Virus record (IMG/VR): IMGVR_UViG_3300005546_000003
Location: 9,617 to 73,616 of that record
Origin: a virus
Lineage: Duplodnaviria; Caudoviricetes
Direction: 5' to 3' (one strand)
Length of the DNA: 64,000 bases
The position numbers were made by a program, and so were the translations under genes. Below the pieces are notes generated by a model. It had not been told where the DNA came from and did no database searches. It was given only the letters and a program-made list of their open reading frames with translations. Below, piece after piece: positions 26,149 to 34,367 of the stretch (within the stretch, counting starts at the first letter, position 1; each line of letters opens with the position of its first letter).

Positions 26149-26753
26149 CGAAGCGGAAAACTTTTCTAACCCTGATGGCTATTGGGGTTTTGCTGCTGTT
26201 TACGGCGGCTTGGGGTGTAGGCTGTGCTGCCAGCCCCGAAGGGAACAAAACAGCGAAACAAGAACAGATTGAGACCGAGAAAAACCAAACTCATCTAAAC
26301 CAGGTTCAGCCTCCGCCGAAGCTCGACTGGTCCCTTGAGCGCGACAATCTCATCAAGCGATTCAAGCTACAGAACGACCGCGCTTTGAGCTTCTATATGT
26401 ACGTGTTCATTGAGGGCGTCGCGCAACCTGTTGGTTATTACCAGATCAACAAGGTTAGCTCAGTTGACAGTCAACTCACCAATCCATCGCAGCTAATTCA
26501 GGATTGCTCATACAATGTTCAAGGCTGTGTTGACGGCGTCGTCGAGAGCCCCGCTGAAGATGGCAGCTACGGTACCAACGGTACTGGCGTGTTTGGCTTT
26601 ACTCCAGAAGATGTCTACATTGAGCACAACATGCACTATTTGGTCAGTACCATTCCGCTGACCTTTGCTCAACCTGTGGTGCGGCTGGCGGTGGTGGACA
26701 CGGATGAAGCTCGGAAGATGCTTGAGGCCAGCAAGGCTGTGATGAAGAAGTGA
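26145..26753 (+). CDS. predicted lipoprotein
   Basis: Signal with lipobox-like GVGC; KVSSVDSQLTNP, EDGSYGTNG. Confidence 0.7.
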   Translation: MTKRKTFLTLMAIGVLLLFTAAWGVGCAASPEGNKTAKQEQIETEKNQTHLNQVQPPPKLDWSLERDNLIKRFKLQNDRALSFYMYVFIEGVAQPVGYYQINKVSSVDSQLTNPSQLIQDCSYNVQGCVDGVVESPAEDGSYGTNGTGVFGFTPEDVYIEHNMHYLVSTIPLTFAQPVVRLAVVDTDEARKMLEASKAVMKK

Positions 26754-26774
26754 ACCGGGGGTTCAAGGTTAAAC

Positions 26775-26804
26775 TTGACATTAGCCAAGACGCTATGGTA
26801 GTCT
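26775..26804 (+). promoter_or_regulatory. sigma70-type promoter, leaderless; contains 8-bp inverted repeat
   Basis: TTGACA-18-TAGTCT with TG; ATG 26811; GCCAAGAC/GTCTTGGC. Confidence 0.65.
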
Positions 26805-26810
26805 TGGCCT

Positions 26811-27989
26811 ATGCCTTTTTTAATTGACAGATCGAGATTGCAGCGATACTATGATTGTCCACGAGCATTTTTCTGGCAATACCTATATGGAGGCCTTGGA
26901 GTCGCCCCAGCCCGCACTAGCATTCCCCTCGTTGTTGGAGGGGCAGTGCATAAGGGACTTGAGCGATTGCTCCTTGGAGACCCAGAGGATGTGGCGGCAA
27001 GTAGTGCTGTTGGTGAGTTTACGGATCGCTTGGGCTCAGGTCTCGCACTTGAGCCAAGAGAGAATGCTAGCCAAGTCTATGCCGAGCAAGCTAGCTTGGT
27101 GGAGGGATTAGTTAGGGTTTATGCTAGGCGGGGGTTGCCGAGGTTATTGGAGGAATATGAAGTTCTTGAGGTCGAACGAGAGGACAACTTGGAGGTTGCA
27201 CCAGGGGTCATTCTTATGGCTCGTGCTGATGGCTTGTTACGCAAGTGTAGCAATGGTCAGCTATTCGTTCTTAGCTTCAAGACTGCCAAGCATTATACTA
27301 ATCAGCATTCTAGCGACGGAAGCCATGATGTTCAGGGATTATCGGAATCGGCTATTATTGAATCACGGTTAGGCCAAGAAGTAACCGGAACCTTAATGGT
27401 TTACTTGGTGAAAGGAGACCGAAGTGAATATCCACCGGACAGCGGAACATATATCCAGTCAAGTCCTCTTGTTCACCCTTGGGTGCGCAGTAGTGCAGGG
27501 GGTTCTGTTGGGGTTGGCGATCTTGCTCATAGCTTCAAATGGCGAGACACCACTGGGGGTCATACCTTAGGCAAAGGGTGGTATAGGGGAAACATTGAAG
27601 ACTACATGCCCATATCAGAATGGATCACCTTACTGGATGAGAATAAAATCCAGCCTGAGGCGGGCGATATTCTTGAATCGCTCATTGTCCAACCGCCACC
27701 GTACATGCGCAGACGTTCCGAGGCGCAGGATTGGCTTGAGCAAACGGCGGGGCTAGGGAATAGGATTAAGCTAGATGCTGAGGCCTTGAGCTCAGAGCTA
27801 GGATTCAGGGACAAAGGCCATGCACTTAATGTCTTGTTCCCCCAGAACCGTCGGAGCTGTGACTGGCCTAGCAAGTGCCCGTTCCAAGATATATGCTTTG
27901 GGCCAGCAGGGGAGCCGCTAGAGAGCGGATTGTATAAGGAGAGGGAGCCACATCATGAACGAGAAATCGAGCAGGCAAAACGATCCTGA
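26811..27989 (+). CDS. Cas4/RecB-like PD-(D/E)XK exonuclease
   Basis: YYDCPR, G..VHKGLE, EVE, RADGL, SFKT, C...C.....C Fe-S-type cysteines. Confidence 0.85.
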   Translation: MPFLIDRSRLQRYYDCPRAFFWQYLYGGLGVAPARTSIPLVVGGAVHKGLERLLLGDPEDVAASSAVGEFTDRLGSGLALEPRENASQVYAEQASLVEGLVRVYARRGLPRLLEEYEVLEVEREDNLEVAPGVILMARADGLLRKCSNGQLFVLSFKTAKHYTNQHSSDGSHDVQGLSESAIIESRLGQEVTGTLMVYLVKGDRSEYPPDSGTYIQSSPLVHPWVRSSAGGSVGVGDLAHSFKWRDTTGGHTLGKGWYRGNIEDYMPISEWITLLDENKIQPEAGDILESLIVQPPPYMRRRSEAQDWLEQTAGLGNRIKLDAEALSSELGFRDKGHALNVLFPQNRRSCDWPSKCPFQDICFGPAGEPLESGLYKEREPHHEREIEQAKRS

Positions 27990-28149
27990 GCTTCGTTGTA
28001 TTGAGTGCGGCTGGACTGGCGATTTTTACGAAACAAAAGGTACTACCGAGTGCCCAATTTGTTGGAATGATTATTGTATAGTGACCGCCAATGAGCAGCA
28101 AACGTCGTCTACGCCGAAAGAGTTGCGAGGGCAAACAAAGATACAGTAG
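27955..28149 (+). CDS. small zinc-ribbon protein
   Basis: CIECGW...CPIC. Confidence 0.55.
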   Translation: MNEKSSRQNDPELRCIECGWTGDFYETKGTTECPICWNDYCIVTANEQQTSSTPKELRGQTKIQ

Positions 28150-28263
28150 CATGGTGGATGCTACCAAACGAGCTAAGGCTGCTGCTTTGCACACCAAGTC
28201 ACGCATTGGGCCTTATAAGTGTAGATTTGGTCGTCATTATCATATAGGACATAAAGGAAACAA

Positions 28264-29127
28264 ATGTTAACAAATCAAGCAATAACCAGCCTGAGCTACG
28301 GAGCTAGCGGCACTTACAAGACAACAGCAGTGGGCCATTTCGCCCGCTACATTCACGAGAAGACTAAGAAAAAGACTCGCCTAATAGCTAGCGACACCAA
28401 CGTGGAGCCGATTCAGGATTACATAGATAGTGGCCTAGTTGAGCCAATCTTTCTAACCGAAAATCCAGACCTCCTTGGCTTCGCTGTGCAGCTCTGCCGG
28501 GGCTATTGGCCTAAAGATGGCAAGCTAGTAGCTGGCTTTGGAATGGAGGAAGTTGGAGGCTATGCTATGGAAGGCTTGACTAGCCTTAGTCAGCTCCTAA
28601 TGACCCACTTTGCCCAAAAGGGTCAGAAGATTCAAGAGGAAGTAGTTGGGATGTTTAGTGAAGCTGGGGTTAAGTTTGGGGCTAATCCTAGGTCTCACTA
28701 TGGCTTTGTGCAGGGGCAGATATACAACATATTGACTGACCTCCGGGCTCTCCCAGTTGAGCGGGTCTTCATAACAGCTCATGAAGGAAAGGGGCAGGAT
28801 GATTTTAGCAAACAGCTTGTTTATGGCCCAGCTGCTGTTGGCACGGCAGCTACTGCGCGTATCCCACCTTATGTCGGGGATTTGTTCCACCATGATATTG
28901 TTGAGGTGGGTAGCGGCTCTGCAAAGTCCATTGAAGTTAGGGCCTTCCTCCAGCCCCACCCAGACCCGCAGACCAAGGTAATGTGGCCTGCTAAGACCCG
29001 GCTGAGGCCTAGCATAGTGAAGCAGGTTATGGAGAGATTTCCAGAAGGATACATCAGGCTCGGGTTGGATTCTGGAATTGACCAATACTTCAGAGTGCAA
29101 GATGAGATAAGGGAGAAGAGCAAATGA
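28264..29127 (+). CDS. Sak4-like AAA ATPase (recombination)
   Basis: YGASGTYKTT, VFITAHE, between Cas4-like nuclease and SSB-like gene. Confidence 0.75.
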   Translation: MLTNQAITSLSYGASGTYKTTAVGHFARYIHEKTKKKTRLIASDTNVEPIQDYIDSGLVEPIFLTENPDLLGFAVQLCRGYWPKDGKLVAGFGMEEVGGYAMEGLTSLSQLLMTHFAQKGQKIQEEVVGMFSEAGVKFGANPRSHYGFVQGQIYNILTDLRALPVERVFITAHEGKGQDDFSKQLVYGPAAVGTAATARIPPYVGDLFHHDIVEVGSGSAKSIEVRAFLQPHPDPQTKVMWPAKTRLRPSIVKQVMERFPEGYIRLGLDSGIDQYFRVQDEIREKSK

Positions 29128-29375
29128 GCGTAGCCAAGACCTTTACTAAGGAAGAGTTCGAGCAAATGGTAGATGAGCGGCTTCTGGCTGTAAAGGGTAG
29201 AATGGTTACTGACATTATAATGAGTGTGGACAAGATTCTGCTAGAGCAAATCCGAGATGACCTTAAAGCGGAGGTTGAGCGCATGGTGGTAATGCACACC
29301 CAAACAAAAAGTCTATGCCCACATTGTAATGAGATTGTCTCGATTACGCTGACTCCTTTGAAAGGATCAAAATGA
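29124..29375 (+). CDS. hypothetical protein
   Basis: ATGA overlap; CPHC. Confidence 0.55.
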   Translation: MSVAKTFTKEEFEQMVDERLLAVKGRMVTDIIMSVDKILLEQIRDDLKAEVERMVVMHTQTKSLCPHCNEIVSITLTPLKGSK

Positions 29376-29644
29376 GCGCAACACACATCATAACCCCAAG
29401 CGGTAGCATAGCTTGCGGGGCTAGAGTAGTTCGGGGCTTCATGGAAGCTGACCTCTATCGGAGGCTCCGAAATGCCGATAAGCTACCAACCCAGATCAAA
29501 ACCTCCGTGCACCATTCCTGCGGCCACAGAGAGCTGGGGGAATGCTACAAAATCATCAGCGGCAAAAAAGAACTTGCAAATTGCCCGCGCAGGAGCTATA
29601 CTTCGACTCGAATATGTCAAGCTTGTATTAGGAGAATTCACTAA
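29372..29644 (+). CDS. hypothetical protein
   Basis: ATGA overlap; Cys/His motifs. Confidence 0.5.
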   Translation: MSATHIITPSGSIACGARVVRGFMEADLYRRLRNADKLPTQIKTSVHHSCGHRELGECYKIISGKKELANCPRRSYTSTRICQACIRRIH

Positions 29645-29678
29645 AGCGGAATCTTTTTTAGCTAAGAGAGGATATTGA

Positions 29679-30287
29679 ATGAGTAATATGGGAACTAAAT
29701 CAGCCGCAGATATTAATAATCTGCAACTAGCTGACGAGGGCTTTGACCCTACAGCTAACCAGTATGCGGCTCCGAGGCCGCCGACTCCAGGGATCTACCT
29801 AGCCAGCTTGGACTTCCGTGAGGAAGACCCCGAAAAGCGGTTCCGAATTATGCCATATAACAGCGAGAAGTACCCAGCCAAGGCTGGTACGGCTTATCTC
29901 AAGACCGAGCTTCTGGGCACGATTACCGAGGTTGGTAATGAGTTTGAAGGTCGGAAGGTCAGGGATCGGTTCATGAGCACCGGCATCTTCAATAAGCCAA
30001 CCTCTGGTGTGGCTAGTCTGTTGCTCACGCTTGGTGAGACTCTCCAAGGTAACGAAGGCCATCAGGAGCTAGCTAATATGCTCAGCAATATCTTGGCCGG
30101 AGAGCCCACGGTGCGAATCCGCACTGACTGGGAGTGGCAGGGGAGCAAAGAGGGTGGCTACCAGACCATCAAGGGATACAAGAACTTCCCTGAGGTTAAT
30201 GGAACGGTTAACCACATCGTCGAGGACGAGACCACAGGCGAGAAGTTTGCAGCCTATGGGATCATTACGGGCTACTTGATTAACTAA
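29679..30287 (+). CDS. putative single-stranded DNA-binding protein (OB-fold type)
   Basis: PTPGIYLA, YLKTE, GRKVRD; canonical position after Sak4. Confidence 0.6.
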   Translation: MSNMGTKSAADINNLQLADEGFDPTANQYAAPRPPTPGIYLASLDFREEDPEKRFRIMPYNSEKYPAKAGTAYLKTELLGTITEVGNEFEGRKVRDRFMSTGIFNKPTSGVASLLLTLGETLQGNEGHQELANMLSNILAGEPTVRIRTDWEWQGSKEGGYQTIKGYKNFPEVNGTVNHIVEDETTGEKFAAYGIITGYLIN

Positions 30288-30288
30288 T

Positions 30289-30428
30289 GGTAGCATTGTG
30301 CCCCCATCCTTCTACAACGGACAAGGCTTTGGCACGGAATCGGCGGTCGCTCTGCCGCAAGGCAACGATCTAGAGGGATAAACCCGTGGTGGGTAGCGAG
30401 TGGTTGACCAAGAAGGATGGGGGCTACC
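30289..30428 (+). ncRNA. structured RNA-like element A
   Basis: Perfect 14-bp stem GCCCCCATCCTTCT/AGAAGGATGGGGGC enclosing sub-hairpins including GCC-GCAA-GGC. Confidence 0.55.
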
Positions 30429-30553
30429 TTTCTAGCAGGGTCGGGCCTGCTAGTCTGAGCTAGCCGAGGGCTTAACGAGACTTGGCCTAGAGCTCAGCTT
30501 AGAACTGAGAGCCGGATAGCTTCGCAGCCAGTCCGGCTTTTGGTCCTAAGAGC

Positions 30554-30648
30554 TAGAGAGTAAGCAGTAGTTCAATTGGTTAGAACGCTAGCCACTGAAG
30601 GTTTGACCTACTAGCATATCCGGTTCAAGTCCGGCTGCTTACTCTCTA
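30554..30648 (+). ncRNA. tRNA-like element with expanded anticodon arm, no CCA
   Basis: 14-bp acceptor-like stem; D-arm GTTC-AATTGGTTA-GAAC; T-loop TTCAAGT on CCGG/CCGG; 19-nt anticodon-position loop. Confidence 0.6.
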
Positions 30649-30657
30649 CCTAGAGCT

Positions 30658-30730
30658 CGCCCCATTCCGCCTCCTAAGGACAAGAGGGATCAGGGGAGTG
30701 GGGCGTCCGGCATGAGGCCTGATCCCTCTT
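30658..30730 (+). ncRNA. H-type pseudoknot-like element
   Basis: Stem CGCCCCATTCC/GGAGTGGGGCG interleaved with AAGAGGGATCAGG/CCTGATCCCTCTT. Confidence 0.55.
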
Positions 30731-30732
30731 AG

Positions 30733-30841
30733 AATAGAGAGCCAAGACTGGAATCCTGCTAATAACTGCTCAGTGGGAAGTAAGTCCGCAAGTGAGTAAG
30801 CAGCACCTGAGCGGACGAAACTCCTTTACTTGCTCTCTATT
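30733..30841 (+). ncRNA. structured RNA-like element E
   Basis: AATAGAGAGC/GCTCTCTATT; competing CTGCTCAG/CTGAGCGG and GTCCGC/GCGGAC pairings. Confidence 0.5.
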
Positions 30842-30847
30842 TTAAGC

Positions 30848-31001
30848 TCGTGGCATCGAATAAGTAGTGACGCTATATAAAATGGTTCGCCAAGGGGCAA
30901 TCCCACGCGGCAACGAAAGTTGCGGAATGGTGGAGCGATAGCGAATGGCGCTCTGGCCTTGGAGGAGCAGGGTGGAGAAGCGGGACTCCCTGCTGCCACG
31001 A
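30848..31001 (+). ncRNA. multi-junction structured RNA-like element F
   Basis: TCGTGGCA/TGCCACGA; CCAAGG/CCTTGG; GCAA and GAAA tetraloops; CGCTAT/ATAGCG pseudoknot. Confidence 0.55.
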
Positions 31002-31007
31002 CAAAGT

Positions 31008-31104
31008 TGAGGTTGAAGGTTCGATAGGTAAGTAACTGCCTATTGGGGGGAGTTCTGGATTCTCTTGCGAGAACTTCTTTTTTTTTTAGGTTCCTTCAAC
31101 CTCA
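31008..31104 (+). terminator. terminator-like hairpin with T10 tract nested in a 12-bp outer stem
   Basis: GGAGTTCT/AGAACTTC then T10 (31078-31087); outer TGAGGTTGAAGG/CCTTCAACCTCA. Confidence 0.45.
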
Positions 31105-31107
31105 TTA

Positions 31108-31238
31108 TGACCCCCTTACAGGACGACTGCACTATCTATGGAGCGGCTGGGGTAAGAGGTACCTCGGTCCAGCCACTACTCCTAGCTAGGTACGCCGCTC
31201 GGCACTAGCGCAGAGAGGGACAGGTCCTGAGGGGGTCG
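31108..31238 (+). ncRNA. structured RNA-like element H / leader of 31249 gene
   Basis: TGACCCCCT/AGGGGGTCG; GAGCGG/CCGCTC; GGCTGG/CCAGCC; GTACCT/AGGTAC. Confidence 0.45.
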
Positions 31239-31248
31239 TCAAAAGGTT

Positions 31249-31569
31249 ATGAGTGAAACTTTATATACAACTAATGAGCTGATCCAGGTTCTTGAGTCTT
31301 CTTACATGAGGGATGTAATTGGGGGAAGTCCTTATATGAGAGGATATTCGGCTGGCATGACTGATCTTGCTAGAACTCTGGCATTCAGGCTCAAGAACAA
31401 TACAATTCGTGGAGTAGAGATTCCAAAGGAGACTCACCACCACACCCTATGTTGCTCAGGCTGGCCAGAGGAGATGGATTGTGAAGGAGTCTCAGAGAAC
31501 TGTTCTTGTTTGACTGGGAAGGCTTCAACCTCGGGGCTATGTGCTAGATGTAGATTGGAGAAACTATGA
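31249..31569 (+). CDS. hypothetical protein
   Basis: 106 aa; Cys-rich C-terminus. Confidence 0.55.
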   Translation: MSETLYTTNELIQVLESSYMRDVIGGSPYMRGYSAGMTDLARTLAFRLKNNTIRGVEIPKETHHHTLCCSGWPEEMDCEGVSENCSCLTGKASTSGLCARCRLEKL

Positions 31570-31829
31570 TAAAAGTAAGTCAACTACCAGATAACCCAAA
31601 AACTGGGGTAATGCTCTTATGTCCAGCAGGGCTAGAGGAATATTCGGCCAACCCAGATGACTACTGGCATCTTCCTCCAGATTACATAATTCGGTGCGAG
31701 CACCACGGTGTTGAGCTGATATTAGTCCACAAGCAGACAACATGGGAAACAATTTCGCCAGCGGAGGCAAATCATGTCGAAGACCCTAAATCGCACACAA
31801 GTGCGGACCGAGATAGCAAGACTGATTGA
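31566..31829 (+). CDS. hypothetical protein
   Basis: SD GGAG, ATGA overlap. Confidence 0.55.
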   Translation: MIKVSQLPDNPKTGVMLLCPAGLEEYSANPDDYWHLPPDYIIRCEHHGVELILVHKQTTWETISPAEANHVEDPKSHTSADRDSKTD

Positions 31830-32175
31830 TGTTCAATCAGAACGGGCCCAAACCTGGGAAGAATATTGGGCTATTCGAGACGCGGGGAAGCTCTTTAGGG
31901 CTTTTCTATTTGAGCATGAGCTACCATTAACTAAAGGAGACCTGTATGTTTCAATCTTTATCAGCCCGCGAGCTCGAAAGCCTGCGGCGGCTAAACGGAA
32001 GGCTAAACGTTCGACCGGCTCGCTCAGACAGAGTGAGCTATCAGAGTTTCGAGAATTTCACGCTGGCTCTAGTAAGGAGGAGGCAAACCTTGAGGGTAGG
32101 TGTAAGCAAAAGAAATCCAATCGACCGAGAAGATCCAGCAGTGGGCAAGCAGGTGGCGCTGGTGAGGGCTTATAG
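31774..32175 (+). CDS. hypothetical protein, basic C-terminus
   Basis: SD GGAGG. Confidence 0.5.
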   Translation: MSKTLNRTQVRTEIARLIDVQSERAQTWEEYWAIRDAGKLFRAFLFEHELPLTKGDLYVSIFISPRARKPAAAKRKAKRSTGSLRQSELSEFREFHAGSSKEEANLEGRCKQKKSNRPRRSSSGQAGGAGEGL

Positions 32176-32197
32176 GGTTAGGGGGACGAGGATTTAG

Positions 32198-32512
32198 ATG
32201 GCTGATGAATCCCCAAGTACACGTTTGCGCTCCCTAGATGAGGACCACTTCTACTTTGACGGAGTGTTGATCGACCTAGTAATGCTCCGCCATATGAGAG
32301 ACCGACTCAATAAGGGAGTTCCAAAAGGCCAGTGGAGAGACGTTCATGGGCGCAACTCCGCAGTTTACATGCTTGAGGTCTATGCTGGTGGACTAGCAGG
32401 TACTAATCACTGTGGAGATCTGGTGACACCCGAAAAGGTGGCTAAATACTTAAAGGAGTGCCACGCATTCAATCTACCAACGGGCTGGGAGGAAGAGAAG
32501 CAGATTCTATAG
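32198..32512 (+). CDS. hypothetical protein
   Basis: SD GAGG. Confidence 0.55.
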   Translation: MADESPSTRLRSLDEDHFYFDGVLIDLVMLRHMRDRLNKGVPKGQWRDVHGRNSAVYMLEVYAGGLAGTNHCGDLVTPEKVAKYLKECHAFNLPTGWEEEKQIL

Positions 32513-32629
32513 CCCTATCCGCAGGGCTATAGTCGGCCAGTCGGGCAGCGCTCCTTGGCTGGAGAGCTCCCAACATAGGTAGCCTTTTAGCCTAAACGCA
32601 AAGACTGCCCATCGCATAGGCTGGTCTAG

Positions 32630-32665
32630 AGGGGGAGTGAGCTTCGGCTTGCTCTCCCTTTTTTT
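32630..32665 (+). terminator. intrinsic terminator
   Basis: AGGGGGAGTGAGC-TTCG-GCTTGCTCTCCCT followed by T-run. Confidence 0.75.
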
Positions 32666-32742
32666 GTGACTAGAAGCTGAGCTCTCACCGCGAGGGCTTG
32701 GAGACAGAAACAAGCCAGGTTAACCTTAAGGAGAACTGAAAG

Positions 32743-33084
32743 ATGAAAAGACTTTACGTTTGGCTCGTGGTCAGCACCATGCTTATGTTCAATGACCAGG
32801 AAACGGGTGGTGGCGCTACCAGCGTCAGTGAGCCAGTGGCGCTCGAAGGCGACGTTGAGGAAGTGGTCTCGGGCGGCGAGCCCGCAGCTCAGCCTTACGG
32901 CTTCGAGGACAAGCTCATTGATGCAATCAACGCCGCCGTGGGGGATACCAGTATCGAAGACCCCGGCCTCGTCGTCACGACCGCGTTCTGCGGCTGGCTC
33001 CGCGACAACAACGTAGACCCATCGGCATTCGCCTCCCTGCAAGGCGAAACCACGAGCGAGGCATCGGCTTCGGTCGCGGCCTAA
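32743..33084 (+). CDS. acidic hypothetical protein with N-terminal signal-like segment
   Basis: SD AAGGAG; GC-rich, CTAG-free segment. Confidence 0.65.
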   Translation: MKRLYVWLVVSTMLMFNDQETGGGATSVSEPVALEGDVEEVVSGGEPAAQPYGFEDKLIDAINAAVGDTSIEDPGLVVTTAFCGWLRDNNVDPSAFASLQGETTSEASASVAA

Positions 33085-33180
33085 GGAAGCAGGAAACTAG
33101 AGAGGGGAAAATCCACTCGACCGTGTGGGGCAGGGAGAATTCACACTCTTCCTGCCCCTTTAGTTTAAAGGAGATGTAGA

Positions 33181-33396
33181 ATGGCACGACTTGTGATAGA
33201 AAATCTTACGCTGGTTCAGGCTAAAGAGCTAGCCCATTGGTACGAGGGACAGGGCGAGCAAGATGCCAACATCTGGTTTGAATGTCAAGATCCTCCCTGT
33301 AGTGTACCTTACGTTGATGTCCACCGTAAACCTTGGATGCAGATTGATGATAACACCGTAACAATCTACTGCAACAGGGGAGAGGACAATAAGTGA
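33181..33396 (+). CDS. phage hypothetical protein
   Basis: SD AAGGAG; QAKELAHWYEGQGEQDA..W. Confidence 0.65.
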   Translation: MARLVIENLTLVQAKELAHWYEGQGEQDANIWFECQDPPCSVPYVDVHRKPWMQIDDNTVTIYCNRGEDNK

Positions 33397-33647
33397 GAAA
33401 ATACGCCAGCCCAGTCCAGCTAGCTGTCTTGAGGTATCTTGCTAGTGGGGGTAAGATAGCTAGGCAGGAGCCCGACTCGAATCCTAGAGCTTGGCAACCT
33501 GAGTTCTACAAGGAAGGCGACTATGAAGCGGTGCAGCGGCACACAGTTCAGTCTACCTTAGAGCGGGGTTGGACTGAAATGGATGGGAACCAACTCGTGC
33601 TAACTATCGGAGGCGCTCTTTATCTCAAACATCGCAGAGCTCGTTAG
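33393..33647 (+). CDS. hypothetical winged-helix-like protein
   Basis: QLAVLRYL...TLERGW...LTIGG pattern. Confidence 0.55.
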   Translation: MRKYASPVQLAVLRYLASGGKIARQEPDSNPRAWQPEFYKEGDYEAVQRHTVQSTLERGWTEMDGNQLVLTIGGALYLKHRRAR

Positions 33648-33802
33648 CTCTTCTCAAGCAGCCAAACTAGGTCAAGCAGGGAGACGCTGCTAGCCCTCTC
33701 CCGAACAGGTGGGTCTAGATGAGCTCACCAACCTGTACCTCGTTTGGCTGCTTCGGGAGAACTACTTGAAGCGGAAACTATAAGCACATTAGAAGGACAA
33801 AA

Positions 33803-34045
33803 ATGAACAAGATAAAAATCGACTCTGGAATTCCTCTCGCCCCTATTGGGCGCAATGTGAGTTCCTTTTCCCATAAACTCCGCGAGACCCTTGCTAGTAT
33901 GCGCAGGGGGCAGAGCTTCGCGCTGCCGACGGGCGCGAGTTCGGGTACGATTAGCCAGGTTTATCAGCAAGCGAAAGACCTTGACCTCAAAGTCGCGGTG
34001 AGAAAAGTCGGGGTGAATAAGTTTCGGGTTTGGCGCACGAGCTAG
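33803..34045 (+). CDS. small putative DNA-binding protein
   Basis: KIDSGIPL...MRRGQSF...RVWRT. Confidence 0.65.
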   Translation: MNKIKIDSGIPLAPIGRNVSSFSHKLRETLASMRRGQSFALPTGASSGTISQVYQQAKDLDLKVAVRKVGVNKFRVWRTS

Positions 34046-34192
34046 ACTCTTAGGCTTAGCGACACCTGCTAAGACAGTGTGCGCGCAGCGCGGCTGTCAA
34101 CGAGTGGTTGAAACCTAGGGCTGGTGAGGTGAAGCCTACAATAGAGCGAAAGCTCTCCCAGCAGCTCCAAAAATGAAAGAGGAGGAAAGGGC

Positions 34193-34366
34193 ATGAAACG
34201 ATTTGCAGATTGGTATTTTGATATGGGCGGGTGGGTCATTTTCACCATTCTTGGGGGTGTTGTCGGCCTAGGGCTTTCCTACATCCGCAGGGGGTGGCTC
34301 TATGGGCTGTTGTTGATAATTGCTTGGATTACATTCATGAGCCTATTGATCATCTGGTACCGCTAA
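34193..34366 (+). CDS. small membrane protein (57 aa; not in ORF track)
   Basis: SD GGAGG; two hydrophobic segments. Confidence 0.55.
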   Translation: MKRFADWYFDMGGWVIFTILGGVVGLGLSYIRRGWLYGLLLIIAWITFMSLLIIWYR

Positions 34367-34367
34367 G

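Noticed and set aside
26811-27989. CRISPR-Cas system
   Set aside because: Cas4-like nuclease lies in a Sak4/SSB recombination module; no repeat-spacer array or other cas genes seen
30361-30400. SAM-I-like riboswitch (ATCTAGAG, GGCAAC)
   Set aside because: Motifs are in the wrong order and the P3/P4 elements are absent
30650-30730. Theta/HDV-like ribozyme after the tRNA-like element
   Set aside because: No P3-L3 (GCC-UCCnCGY-GGC type) or nested P1.1 arrangement can be built
30784-30821. Hammerhead, twister or RNase P call for element E
   Set aside because: GGAC-GAAAC and AAGTCC words are present, but CUGANGA, twister P4/T1 geometry and the RNase P P4 partner are missing
5511-30881. CGCTATATAAA shared at ~5512 and ~30871 as a phage-specific promoter
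   Set aside because: Only two copies; hundreds of 11-mer pairs are expected by chance in 64 kb, and the second copy is used in an RNA pairing
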